DNA from: Octopus sinensis
Taxonomy: Eukaryota
DNA: 64,000 nucleotides
Reading direction: 5' to 3'
Assembly: GCF_006345805.1 (NCBI RefSeq)
Contig: NC_043008.1
Location: forward strand, 40,920,001-40,984,000
This document shows, in pieces, positions 12,259-25,484 of this stretch. A program made the position numbers and the translations under genes. Positions within the stretch are counted from its first letter, which is position 1. Each line of letters starts with the position of its first letter. The notes under the pieces were generated by a model. That model saw nothing but the letters and a program-made list of their open reading frames with translations. It searched no databases and had not been told where the DNA came from.

Positions 12259-13188
12259 TGTCGGATGCAGGGGATACAGTCAAATATTTGATGGAGATGC
12301 TACTAGTCTGGTTTATAGTTTTACCCCCTTTTCACAACCATATAATATTTATCCTATGTATGCATGCATGTGTGTGTGTATATATATATGTGCATGTATG
12401 TATGTATATATATACATACATATATATCCATGCATATTTTTCTGCTCATATAGGCTCATCCTTGTATGTATGTATGTATGTATGTATGTATGTATGTATG
12501 TATGTATGTATGTATAGATGTATGTATGTATGAATACAGCCTTCGACTACAAAATTCACTCGAAAAAATTCAATTTATCTGGGTCAACAGTAGAAAATGC
12601 TTGCCCTAGCTGCTGCGACCTGTGATTGAATGCAAGACGACATGTTTACAAAATATACTTCAAAATGAAACAGCTATGTTTAGAAAGAAAGTTTATGGAA
12701 ACAGAGTAATTCCCATTCAAAAATTAACAGTGATCGGGAGAGGCGGACCGAATAATACTTATATGTATTACATATTAGTAATCACAATATATGGGTGTAT
12801 GTATATCCTTTCGAGTGTACTTCTATAAGTATATTTGGTCATATTTGTCGAGTACCGTAAGGCAGGAAGTTACACTCTGCTCAAGATATTTTTTCTGTCA
12901 CGCATTTAAAGTTTTCTTTGTTTATTATATAAAAAGGGAGAGAGGATATTCTTATTTTACCTGATTAAAATAAAAATGTCTTCTATATATAACTAAATTT
13001 CAGCTACAAGAATCTATTCAGATATTCACGTATATAAACGAAATTCATTGACATCATCCATATTCACCTATAACATAGACATATATATATGTGTGTGTTT
13101 ACATATACATACAAATGTATATACGTATTTAGATACACACACGTAAGAATACAAACACACACAAACACACTCAAACACACACACACAC

Positions 13189-13244
<56 letters not shown>

Positions 13245-14249
13245 TGATATAATTTATTTATCGATTTATCTGGTAGCTGTAAGCCTCCAGGCATCAGAGA
13301 GTAGAAAAAATGTATAATAGATAATATAAATTGCATCTAACAAAAATTTTAAGCCAATTTAATGGTAAGTAGAAAATCGAATTTGAATTCAAGCGCACTA
13401 ATCGATGCCTAATACCAAAGTGTCATTAAAGGGTTGAAATATTATTAACTATATCATTGTTAAATATTAAATTGGAGGTAATCATGCGTTGCAATGATTG
13501 TGCAATAACGGAGATATCGTTAAAGATAGCTGAAGTGCTTGAAGTGGTGATGTCTTATACTGTGATTTGATTGTAGGAGAATATAGTCAATCTGCGTATA
13601 GATTTGCAAAACTACATATGCGTTTCCACCTAAATCCTCTTTCCCAATAATGCCAAGTCTTTGAGTCAGATATTACACTCAACCAACAAATGCGGAGATA
13701 CAAATCAGATTTACTATTTCTACATAAGTATCTTTTATTCTATATTTAAAACACGTTTATTTTTGTTTAAACATTACCTGGAAGAAATTCTGAAATTCTG
13801 CATCTCTCGTGTTTTTTATCATCTGAACGCCAGTAAAACAAATTCGCCATTAATCTGTCTTATAATATATTATTGCCATTCCTTCTAGTTCATCTACGGT
13901 GTCTAATCCTCTCTATTCTTACACTGCATCTCTCTTTAGTTTTCGACAGCAATTACGAACCACTTGTAATTCTTTTACATGCACACATGACTATGTTGAC
14001 TCCTGTACTACTCTCATTCTATTAGCCCTAAGGAATTAACCGAAGCATTTCCCATTCTTATACATGAGTACCGGCATTTCTTCTCACCTACATTTGTGTA
14101 TTGTAGATACATATAGAAATTTTGCCCTGCATATATTTATCACTATATAATCATCAACTTTTCAGCCCGCATCAGCTCGATGAATTCATATCTGACTACA
14201 TTTTCAAACGAAACAAGCCAACAAAGCAACATAGATGTGGATAATACAG

Positions 14250-14420
14250 TTCTATATTTAAGAGATGAGGAATTATGTACATTATTTATATTATTTACAT
14301 TTGACGGATATTTATCATCTTGTTTGTTGTCAACCCAACGTTTCGGCTGATGAAAGCTGGAGGGTATATGACGAAACGTTGTGTTAACAACAAAGGTGAC
14401 AAATATCCGTGAAATGCAAA
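14250..14420. mobile_element. Head-to-head palindromic repeat junction (probable Penelope-like termini) with hammerhead-like core
   Basis: 14298-14345 is the imperfect reverse complement of 14372-14415; spacer holds CTGATGA (14347-14353), followed by GAAACGTT (14373-14380). Confidence 0.6.
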
Positions 14421-15955
14421 TAATAATATATACGTGGATATTCACTCTTTTCCAGGTGTTATTTCCAATTCATCCTCATAATGTAATATCTAAAATCCAT
14501 ATAACAGATAGAATATATTGGATAATTTTCTTCTGGTTATAATTTCTCATTGAATATGCGACTGGATGCCTACTTGAAAGATTCGCTTAAGATGTCGTTC
14601 ATCACATATTGACAGAAAAGTTAGGTAAGATACTTAACCAAACAATCTTCCCTGATGAATGAATTTCTCAAACGATCAGGATCGAGATCACGATGGTAAG
14701 ATACATAAGATTCTACCAAAGAAAGTGAACGCTAAAAAAAAGAATTACATATATTCCCTCTATGAAAAAAAATAAAGGCTGGTGATAAGGTCTGTTCACA
14801 TTTCGAGCTAGTACATTTCGATGCTCTTATAGGCGAGTGCAGGAAAGGCGCACGCTTCTTTCTCAATCGTAATCTTTCTTGATTGCGATGTCCGCGCTCC
14901 AGTAGTCTGCAATACAGAAATTTGTTTTCTGCTCACACAGCTAAGGGGTTACAGATAGTTAGACTCAAACAGAATAGATTTAGATTATTCCAAAGATATA
15001 GCCATAACGCATTATACAAATGCAGGTACCAGTATCATATATCCTACAACGAAACACAAAAAGAAGAGATTGGTTCGTATATTAGTACTAAAAAATTTTA
15101 ATAGATGCACTTTAGAAAATACCAACAACCGATTCTATGAGATGTTGAATAAATTTTAGAAAACTATGTAAGCTGATCAAATACTACACAGAGTGTCAAC
15201 AAAGATTGAGAAGGAAGTCAAATCTCAGCAAACTATAGAAATGTAAGTAAACAGAAAACCAGATAAAGTACATCATTTTTGGAACATCTTAATTTTAGTA
15301 TTCTTCCATTGCCTGGAAGGTAAATGGACATCAATGCAAACAGATAGTCTTAGGAATAGATAGGTACATAAATTAACATGAACAGACAGACATACATACA
15401 CTCATACGCAAATGAAAACTGATACACATGGCCATATACACACATTCACACTTCACGCAAGTACACATATGGACACACAAATCCATACATAAGAGAAGCA
15501 CGTACATAGTCGAAAAAACCCATGCACGGACACACTCAGACATGCACGCACAAGCTGACAGAGGTACACACACACATAAAAACACACTAACGCGAACCCT
15601 CAAACTCATGAATATGGGTAATTCATACAAACAAATGTAAACACATACATATGCATGCAAACACACACACATACATGCATGCATACGTAAATATGTGTAT
15701 GCGTACGCCCGCTGACCCACCCACATGCGCACAAAGAAGCAAAAAAGAGTGCAGCTCGGACAACGGACAGTCAAAGATATTTGAAGAGGTTGCAAGACGC
15801 AAATTTGAGAAAAAAATGAAGAAGTAAATGAATAGAAACTGAACCGTGAGTGAATTAAATAATACGTCACAAAATAAGAATGACTCTCCCCAGACACAAA
15901 AAAATATGCCTCAACACACGAACACACATAAATAATCTTGCATATATATATATAT

Positions 15956-15994
<39 letters not shown>

Positions 15995-16084
15995 ATGTGT
16001 GTGTGTATACACATACATACACACACATACACACACAAACACACACACACACACACGCACACACACACACAGACACACACACAC

Positions 16085-16134
<50 letters not shown>

Positions 16135-16414
16135 TCATACATACATATATACGTAGAGGAAGAGAATGAAAGAGACAGAGAAAGAGAGAGATGGATAGAC
16201 AAATTTATGTCCATATGTTTGTAAACATATGCCCGAACAGAAACTTCTAAACACAAGCACACTAGCTTGCACGCTCACAAAAGATTCGTATGTATATATG
16301 TGTACATGCGTGTTTGTATTTTTTCAATGTTCGAAAAAACTTCGTTTTCTGTCTTTGTTTTTATGCTTTCTTTTTCTTATTGTGTCTACGTTTTTTATGT
16401 CCCATACCAATATA

Positions 16415-16478
<64 letters not shown>

Positions 16479-16549
16479 GTTTATATATTTGTTGTGCAAG
16501 ATTTTATATATATATATATATATATATATAAAATCTTGCACACACACAC

Positions 16550-16581
<32 letters not shown>

Positions 16582-16668
16582 ATGTGTGTATACACACATG
16601 TGTATATATATATACATATACGTGTATATGTGTATGTGCATGTGTCTGAGCATTCATGCAGAGATATA

Positions 16669-16854
16669 GAGATATTTTCACAATTAATTAAGAGAAGAAT
16701 GGAATATACAGAATGGGAGTTACGGTTAGACAAATATATAAACGCATTTGACGGCAAAGCAGATCATCAAGTTGGTATTGATTATCGTCTGCAATTAATA
16801 ATCTCATTACTATTAGGAGAAAATTATAGATGGAAGTATCAGTTTAATCTTTAG
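16669..16854 (+). pseudogene. Short coding-like remnant, weakly resembling an LTR-retrotransposon gag N-terminus
   Basis: EWELRLDKYINAF...LIISLLLGENY resembles the W..RL..Y..A...LL..lG pattern; isolated, no other LTR-element domains nearby. Confidence 0.25.
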
Positions 16855-17193
16855 TATCTGAGCAAACATCTATAGAAAGGAAGAACCGATTAAATACATT
16901 GATCACAGATAAGTTTATATGAAGCGTACAATATTGCATTGAATGTTCCTATGTCCTTTGTTAATTGCCAGATACGTAGAAGTAAATATATATAAGTAGA
17001 GAGGAACATGTGATTTTCAGATCATACAGACACAGAAAGCCCCTTACACACATTCAGTCACACACGTACATATATAATTATGTGTGATATACGAAATGCA
17101 AGAAAAAAGGCGTTTAAGTAAATGGGTAATGAGTGATAAGGGTATAACTGGTTTACTTTAAATACACTGCAGGTAGAGGTAGATATCTGAATA

Positions 17194-17241
<48 letters not shown>

Positions 17242-17800
17242 GAGTGAGAGAGCATAGCATGCCATCAAAGTGACACTGGCGTAAAATATACTAAGCCCAG
17301 TATACCCATCATGACTACCTGTCTGATAAGGGTACACTAGGCACATGCATCACAACCATATGTGCGCGACATGGTGATCTCATATCAAGATAAACAGCAC
17401 ATAACCTTGCAGATGGGGCTCAGTTAGAACTTTTTTTCTGGTCCAGTAACCCAACCCGCTCAAAAGGTCCCTGAATAAGGGTTGTTTAAGGATGTTGAAC
17501 GAAGCACCCATGTTTCCAGAGGTGAATTATTCAAACCCCAAAGAAACCCTCTCAACACATGGCTATGATGCTCCCCCACTACTTCTGCTCGTGATCAGAG
17601 ATGCACACATCATCAGCCACTAAGGGACATGCTCAACTGGTTAAGGTCAAACAACTGACAAGCAAATCTGTGGTATTGAGCAGAATATTTGCTGTAGCCC
17701 ATCTTTTATACCAAGACAAAACAATGTACATGATAACACTTCCAATCAGTTAAGATCAGAAGCCATGAGAACCACTGTCTGGTACTGCATCAGGGCATTT
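17242..17800. mobile_element. ~560-bp non-coding interspersed element inserted in (TTA)n, copy 1
   Basis: Begins GAGTGAGAGAGCATAGCATGCCATCAAAGTGACACTGG, ends GCATCAGGGCATTT; (TTA)n both sides; homologous to 49850-50345 and 50563-51096. Confidence 0.85.
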
Positions 17801-17803
17801 ATA

Positions 17804-17910
<107 letters not shown>

Positions 17911-18324
17911 GAGAAACTAAGAAATGAATCATGAGCTAGAAGGCAAGTAAACTCTGACGCAAGGATAATGCCACAAATAAGCTGAAAATATAATATTTTG
18001 ACAAACACACATACGTACATACACATGCGCATACATTCATACACACACATATATATGACAGAGTGCTGGAAATTTCCTGGCTTTAAGGCCCACGGTTTGT
18101 TTTACAGGGTTTAGAGAAACTGAAGAACTGCTGTGATAAGTTTGTGAATCCGAAAAGTTATGTTGAATATGATCATGGTTAATTGATTCTCTTGTATTCT
18201 CTCTCACACAAGCCAGGAAATTTTCATCATATATAGATGTGTGTGTGTGTGTGTGGTGTGTGTGTGTGTGAGTGTGTGTGTGTGTGTTTGTGCGTGTGTG
18301 TGTGTATGTATATATGTATATATA

Positions 18325-18379
<55 letters not shown>

Positions 18380-18534
18380 TTTATATATGCATATATAATT
18401 TGAATTTAAAGAAAAAACCACAAACACGAGCCCAAGCAGCGTCCCGTTTGACCATGTACAGAGAAGGACAGATGTACAAAGAACTTTGCTATTTATATGA
18501 GCGGCCCAGCATTTTGTTGTCCACAACTACTCCC

Positions 18535-19400
18535 AAGTCTTTAATACCATGACAGTTTCACCTGGAAGAAGGCAGTATGGGAGTTTCATTATATCCTTTT
18601 TTCCGAAGTGGATTGACACAAATTTCTCTTCGTTCAGCAGCATAGTATTCTCTACCGCCCATTGGATGACAGCCAGTAGTTCTGACTGATGCCCTGCCCG
18701 ATCACCCACTTCATTTAGGACGTTCTGTATCTTCGAATCATCTGAAAAAATTCTTATGTTACTGTATTTGATGACGTAAGTAATATCATTGATGTAGATG
18801 ATGAAAAGAAGTGGGCCTAACACAGTACTTTGAGGAACATCATTACTCTGACTTTGGCTAGGCTTCATTTTATTCTTTCGACTACAATGTATAGGGTTCT
18901 GCCTGTCAGGAAACACTTCATCGATCGAAGTAACTTTCCAGAGACACTAACGTTGGATAGTTTTTTTTTTCAAGAGGGCCTTGTGATCCACCCTGTAAAA
19001 AGCCTTGCTGCAATCATGACATCAGTAGTCTAGCCTTCTCCTGAAGCTCTCAAAATGTCATCAAGTTGAAGAAGGGACTGCGTTGGGGTTCAGCAGTCTG
19101 TTGCTTTCAAGATAGTGCTTTCTCCGTGAGCTGACCACCCTCTCAAATACTTTGATATGATAGGTGAGCGAAATCGGCCTGCAGTTCAATGCATGCGACC
19201 TGTTTCTCTCTTTGAAAACTGGAACAACAGATTGGGAAAAATATATATATATATATACATTTTTAGTATTAAATGTATGTAAGATTTTTTCTATATCGAC
19301 ATGCCGAACTTGCTTGTCCTTACATTTACTCCTCCACTTGTTCAAGTTTAAATCTCTTGAGCACTACGAAGTGTACTCTATACAGACAATACCTGTCTCT
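18535..19400 (-). mobile_element. CR1/L2-type LINE reverse transcriptase fragment, decayed and internally deleted
   Basis: VVPVFK...NCRPISLT..KVFERVV...LESNRLL (19061-19345) and DVPQSTVLGPLLFIIYIND...IFSDD...W...N.MLLNEEK (18527-18916). Confidence 0.9.
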
Positions 19401-19734
19401 AATTTATAAACTATATATTTTTGCGTTTGCCCGGGCACGTGCATGTGTGAGGGTGGGGTGTTTGTGTATATATGTGTCAGATGCATCTTTAGGCATCACT
19501 TTCTACTAAAACGTTTTATTAAATAGAATTATAGTTTATATATGCATGTAATATCCAGTAAGAAATTGTTTCGTTCTTTTTTCTCTTGTGGGAAATTAAG
19601 CAGCTGAAGAAGAAAATTTGGCTACGTCAATGAAATTGTTTTCACACTTCTGTGTATATTTCTATGTGAGTTTGGTGTCATTAACTTAAACAAAATTTTA
19701 GACATCTCTCCCTAATGTGTAGACTATATTATTC

Positions 19735-20030
19735 GATAGATAGATTGACAGAAGGCGAAGGACAGATAGGTGGATAGATAGACAGACAGATAGAAAGATA
19801 GATCGATAGATAGATAGATAGATACATACATACATACATACATACATACATACATACATACATACATACATACATACATACATACATACATACATGGATA
19901 GATAGATAGGTAGGTAGGTAGGCAGGTAGATAGATAGATACGTAGATAAATTGATACATATACAACCATACACACATACATACATATATACATATCATAC
20001 ACACATACATGCATACATACACACATACAT
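19735..20030. repeat. (GATA)n/(TACA)n compound microsatellite
   Basis: Directly visible. Confidence 0.95.
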
Positions 20031-20139
20031 ACGGATGTGACTATTAAGGGTCTGAGAAAACATATAAGCATTCACTTATCAATCTGAATTTTCCTAACGT
20101 TGAATACACGACATACTTTTCACATATATACTTTGATAA

Positions 20140-20340
20140 TTTGATAGGTTTCAGTCAGTATTGGCCCAGGCCAGTCTACCTTAATAGCACCACCTGGTAA
20201 AGTCATTCAAATCAGGAATCGGACAACATGGCCCACTCAAGTAGACATTGTTTAGAGAGACATATCCGCGTGTAGGAAGTTTATCCTGGACATTTTGAAT
20301 GAATTTGTCCAAAGATATCCTGAACATTATGGAGTCTGTT
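20140..20340 (-). mobile_element. CR1-type LINE 3' end fragment
   Basis: Minus frame MFRISLDKFIQNVQDKLPTRGYV...LLEWA fits the CR1 ORF2 C-terminal FK..LD.F...PD.P...W pattern, followed by a short 3' tail. Confidence 0.55.
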
Positions 20341-20410
20341 TCTGCTTTAATGTATATATATATATATATTATATATATATATATATAATATTATATATAT
20401 ATATATATAT

Positions 20411-20459
<49 letters not shown>

Positions 20460-20462
20460 CAT

Positions 20463-20493
<31 letters not shown>

Positions 20494-21937
20494 ATTTATA
20501 AATATATATATATTAATATATTTATATATATATATATATATAATATATATATATATAACCAAAAAATAAGCAACAAGAATGGATCGGTAGTTTAGTACAA
20601 TTGTTTCATACTATAAACATTTTATTAAAGCTGCAAAAATTACAGCAAATATACGTCAAGTAATCTTCAGCTAAATTTCAAATAGGTTTTCCAAACATCT
20701 TTGAGAGTGTAAATATACTTATGAAGTTATAGATGTGAGTTCCAGGAACATGAAGTAAGATTCCAAGCAGACCATATATGTTTTCCAACAATTCAAAGTT
20801 CTTAAATTAATTATTGACATCCCAGAGAAAGTAAATATACTCATAAAGATGTGGATATAAATTTCAAGAAACATGAGGAAAGATGCCGATCAGACCACGA
20901 TTAAGTTCTCAAACTGTTACAAACAACATTCTATAGTAGTATGAAATATAGCGGGGTAGGTCAAGGTAGCTGACTAGCTAGAGCAAAGAACAGAATTATG
21001 AATTAAAATAAAAAAAGTCAAAATTCTTGTCATAGGTTTACCGCACGGTAAATGCTCAGATATCGAGATTTACCTTCTAAATAAGAATGTTATTGGATAG
21101 GAAGAAACCTTTAAAACTCAATTTCCATTTAACTTTTTATTTTAATAATTGCTGTTGTATTCTTTAGAGAGTGATTCTTTTCTGATATATGTTTTATTGA
21201 CTATATACACGCACATACTTACATACAAACAAACATACATACATACATGCATACATGCATACATAAATATAAGATATGTGTTTATTAATGTTTCAATGGT
21301 ACGGGAAATGCTATGATAATTGAAATATCTTTTATTTTGTATGTATTGTCTTTGCAATTTTCACCTGGAGAAAACGTGTATTGTTTTCTCTCATATTAAC
21401 GTTAGAAGTTGAGAGGCCATGAACATGTATTGTATTGAATATTGATTGCTATGAACAAAGACTTTCTTTTTATACGAAACTAATAATGTCAGCAAGTATT
21501 AATATGCCTATAATGATGAATATGATGCCGTTGCTGAATGCGTATTGATGTTAGTAGTAAGGTTACCATTGGACTGATTGGAAAGATGGTCAGATCTCTC
21601 TAGGAAGACTGTGCACTTATGGTTATATTGATGGTCTTAGTGATGTGTTGAGTGAATTATGGTAGCAGTAATCATGTGTTAATGATACTATTTGATACGT
21701 AGGAGCTTGTAATGAACATGATATTGAATGCATCTGGTCGTCGTGTTTCTTCTTAATGTCCTTAATTTTGGAAAATCTTGATGAAGCAGTCTTATCATCA
21801 GCAAGGCTTCTGTCATTAGTATTTATCGAATATTTCTTAATATGACAGTTTAATATTATTATACAGCCGGCAGTTTCATTCATGTTATGTGGGCTATGTG
21901 TGATTAGAATGTCATCTTATTATTTTAATCTCACTAA

Positions 21938-22110
21938 AGGCGATGAGCTGGCAGAATACAGGGCACCCTGGGCGATATACTTAGCAGTATTTCGCCCGTC
22001 GATAATTTATGAGTTCAAATTCAACCGCTGTCCAGGTTGCCTTTAATCATTTCTGCGTCGATTAATTAAATACCAGTGAAACACTTGGGTCGAGGCAATC
22101 GACTTATCCC
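21938..22110 (+). mobile_element. Diverged tRNA-derived CORE-type SINE
   Basis: GGCGATGAGCTGGCAGAA head, GAGTTCAAATTC B-box-like, GCCTTTAATC...ATACCAG core; aligns to 57619-57844. Confidence 0.8.
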
Positions 22111-23209
22111 CTTCCAGAAAATGGTTGACCTTTTGGCAAAATTTGTCACCGTTATTTTATTCTTCCTTATTTCTTCGATATTTGTTGCAATAACGTCTCG
22201 AGTAGAGACATTTCCCTACAGGTTATATTGTCAATCTGCCTTCAATAATGTTTCGCAGCTCGCACCTCAACTTTTCACATCTACATCTATTACATACTTT
22301 GCAAGATTTTGCATATAGTTTAAGCTCAATTTCGTCCCATGCACAAAACTGGTCGGTAATAAAATGGTTTCAGAGTAATTGCACACATTAAGATTTCCCT
22401 TCGCCATTAGTTTGTCAACAGAATTAGTTTGATTCGTATAATTAACTAGGTATAAGCTTTTCCGACTGAACATTATCAAATAGTGGGAGACAATATATGG
22501 CAGCCACGGCCACAGAGATTTACTTAGCTTTTATGTACGTTAAATAAATTGCTAGTAAAAACACAGGAATCACAGATATGTCGACCTATCTTGTACTTCT
22601 ATCACATCAATCAAAAACCTCGCCAGACATACATTACTTTCGATTCAACAAATGAAAATGTTTCACAATTGATGTTGCTTTCGGTTAAATCAAAACGATA
22701 ACATGATTTACAGTGCGAAAAGTTTATTAAAGTTGCGTGTAATTGTATGGTACTCCAGTTTTACTTCTGGAGTAATATTATTTCATTTACGCAATTCGTT
22801 TATATTTTCTAAGACTGATACAATGTCACGAACCTTTAGGGAAGGGTTAATTATCAACTTAATCGATGGAATAGAATCGAATACATGTACAATATTTTAT
22901 CGAATAGTAAATCTGTCAATATAAAATAATTACACAAAAATCATTTACTTAGTATGGTACCACTTTATTTTGGTCAACCACAATAAAGCCTGTGGGAAAT
23001 TAATGATAGTCATTAATTCACACTTGCTAAGTGCGACAAATAATTACTTTTCTCTAGCTCGCATACATAACATAGTATAGTGATATATCTTAGTTGCAAA
23101 ATATATGTAAAAGCAAATGCAAACATCTCATTTTCAACAAAATAAACCTTTTTTAAAGTTTCCATAAGACTACAAAACCATTTATGTACGTATGCGCGTG
23201 AATATATAG

Positions 23210-23284
<75 letters not shown>

Positions 23285-23433
23285 TACGCGCTCATACACA
23301 TATATTAATGTCTGCGTGTGTGTTGTGGGTGGTAGTGAATATATCTATCTATTACTTCATACACAAATACATATATATATATATGTGTGTATATGTACAC
23401 TCATATATATAGATACATACACACACACACACT

Positions 23434-23487
<54 letters not shown>

Positions 23488-23823
23488 TACATATATACAT
23501 ATATATATACATATATACATATGTACATATATACATACATACATACATAATACATATATATATATATATATATATATAAATATATAATATATTGCCTCTC
23601 TCGTACTTCGATTATTTACCACAAGTACACTCACTTTAATTAATTGGTAAAATTCTTTCGAAACGCATTATATTTGACGTGGGCTTCTGTAATTTAAATA
23701 GACAGATACTTCAATGAACTTACTTTTCTGGAAGAAAGCTGTTAGTAAGTACATTCTCACATTATAAACCGACTCTTTTGCTTTAAGAGAGTTATTTTTT
23801 ATTATTATTATTATTATTATTAA

Positions 23824-23910
<87 letters not shown>

Positions 23911-24610
23911 TATCTAGATATATTTGTTGGTGCTTTTGTTTCCTTTGCCGTAGTTAATATTATTTATTATATATTAGTCTGTCTGCTAACAGACTTAAGT
24001 ATTTTTATCTTATTTCATTATGTTAGTTGTGAAGTGATTGCTGTATATAATTTGGGTTTTTTGAAATAACAAGATAAAAATCTGACGTTTTTTTTTAAAT
24101 CACGTTAAAATATAATCATTTATATAATTGTTTCATGTCTCCGATTTTGTCTTTTTCCTATAACGAGTCACTAAATGCAAAGCACTCTTTAAAAATAAAT
24201 TTATTGACATTGGTTGTATTAGTGGCACCAACTTATTGATTGCAATTACTTGTTGTCTGCACATACAGTATTTTATGGAGTAGAATTTATGATGGTTTGT
24301 TGTTTTTGTTTTTGTTTTTCAGATGTGTTTTATTACAAGATAGCATAAATATTCTGATTCAAGCAGAGAGGTTTTTCTATAATACTAAATTTCGGCTTAG
24401 TGAGGATGGTGATGTTGGAAAACACACATTGTGTTGGCTCTCATGCCCTATAGACCTCGTTCGCCTTAACCAGAAATGCCACATAAATGTAGCTGAGGGA
24501 TATTGATCCCATCTTTGGATGGGACAAGCATCATACAAGAATTTTGAATATAAGTTTGTTCAATTTGATAACTGGCTACACTGCGTTGATTTCCGACGTG
24601 TTCTAAATAT

Positions 24611-24831
24611 ATTTCTTTCCTAGCCACAAGAAGACAAACATAGAGGGGACAGACAAACGGATTAAGTCGATTACATCAACCCCAGTGCGTAACTGGTACT
24701 TAATTTATCGACCCCGAAAGAATGAAAGGCAAAGTCGACCTCGGCAGAATTTGAACTCGGAACGTAACGACAGACGAAATACGGCTAGGCATTTCCCTCG
24801 GCGTGCTAACGTTTCTACCAGCTCGCCGCCC
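24611..24831 (-). mobile_element. Full-length tRNA-derived CORE-type SINE with 19-bp TSD
   Basis: Reverse complement of 57619-57844 type; TCCGACGTGTTCTAAATAT at 24592-24610 and 24832-24850. Confidence 0.95.
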
Positions 24832-24971
24832 TCCGACGTGTTCTAAATATCTTATCTGTCTATAGCCGTGTGTGTGTGTGCACATAAATCATAAATATGA
24901 TATATGTATTACGGAGAGAAGCTTACATAGCAAGCGACTTGATCTGAGATCGTGTGCTGCAACGAAAACAA

Positions 24972-25127
24972 TTACAACGTGGAAGGTGTTTATAAGCCAT
25001 TTAAGAAACACACAATAACCGTGTTGCACGGAATTTTATCCGTGAATAGGTTGCGGTCTCAAAGCGAAGTGTATCTAAAGGTTTTTGTGTTTCTTAAATG
25101 GCTTATAAATACCTTCCACATTATAAA
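24972..25127. repeat. Inverted repeat, ~40-bp arms with ~60-bp spacer
   Basis: GTGGAAGGTGTTTATAAGCCATTTAAGAAACACA (from 24979) pairs with TGTGTTTCTTAAATGGCTTATAAATACCTTCCAC (to 25119). Confidence 0.9.
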
Positions 25128-25484
25128 TATATGCAATTATAAATACATAAAATGGGGTAAAATGAAAATGGAGGTTGCAAGAATTTTTATTCAAACCAAC
25201 GATCGTTTCGACCCATTCTACATCTGTCCCTTGCGGACAGGATATAATATGACACATGAAGCACATTTTATGGTGGTTGCTTTTATCCAAAATTTTATGC
25301 GTACGTTGGTATTTTTTCGTCGCATCGAAATCAATACTCAAGGAAAAACACACATATATGCAGGATAATGTACAAGTAGCTATACACTCTCCTGCACATT
25401 AGAATGCGGCCAAGCTGGAGTATCGCCTCAAAATGTTTAGTCGAAAGAATCGGCAACAGAGCTTACATTTCAAAGCTTATATTT

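Noticed and set aside
21360-21900. Minus-strand coding-looking tract including an 86-aa ORF
   Set aside because: Low-complexity CAT/ATC-biased sequence, frames do not join and no motif is recognised.
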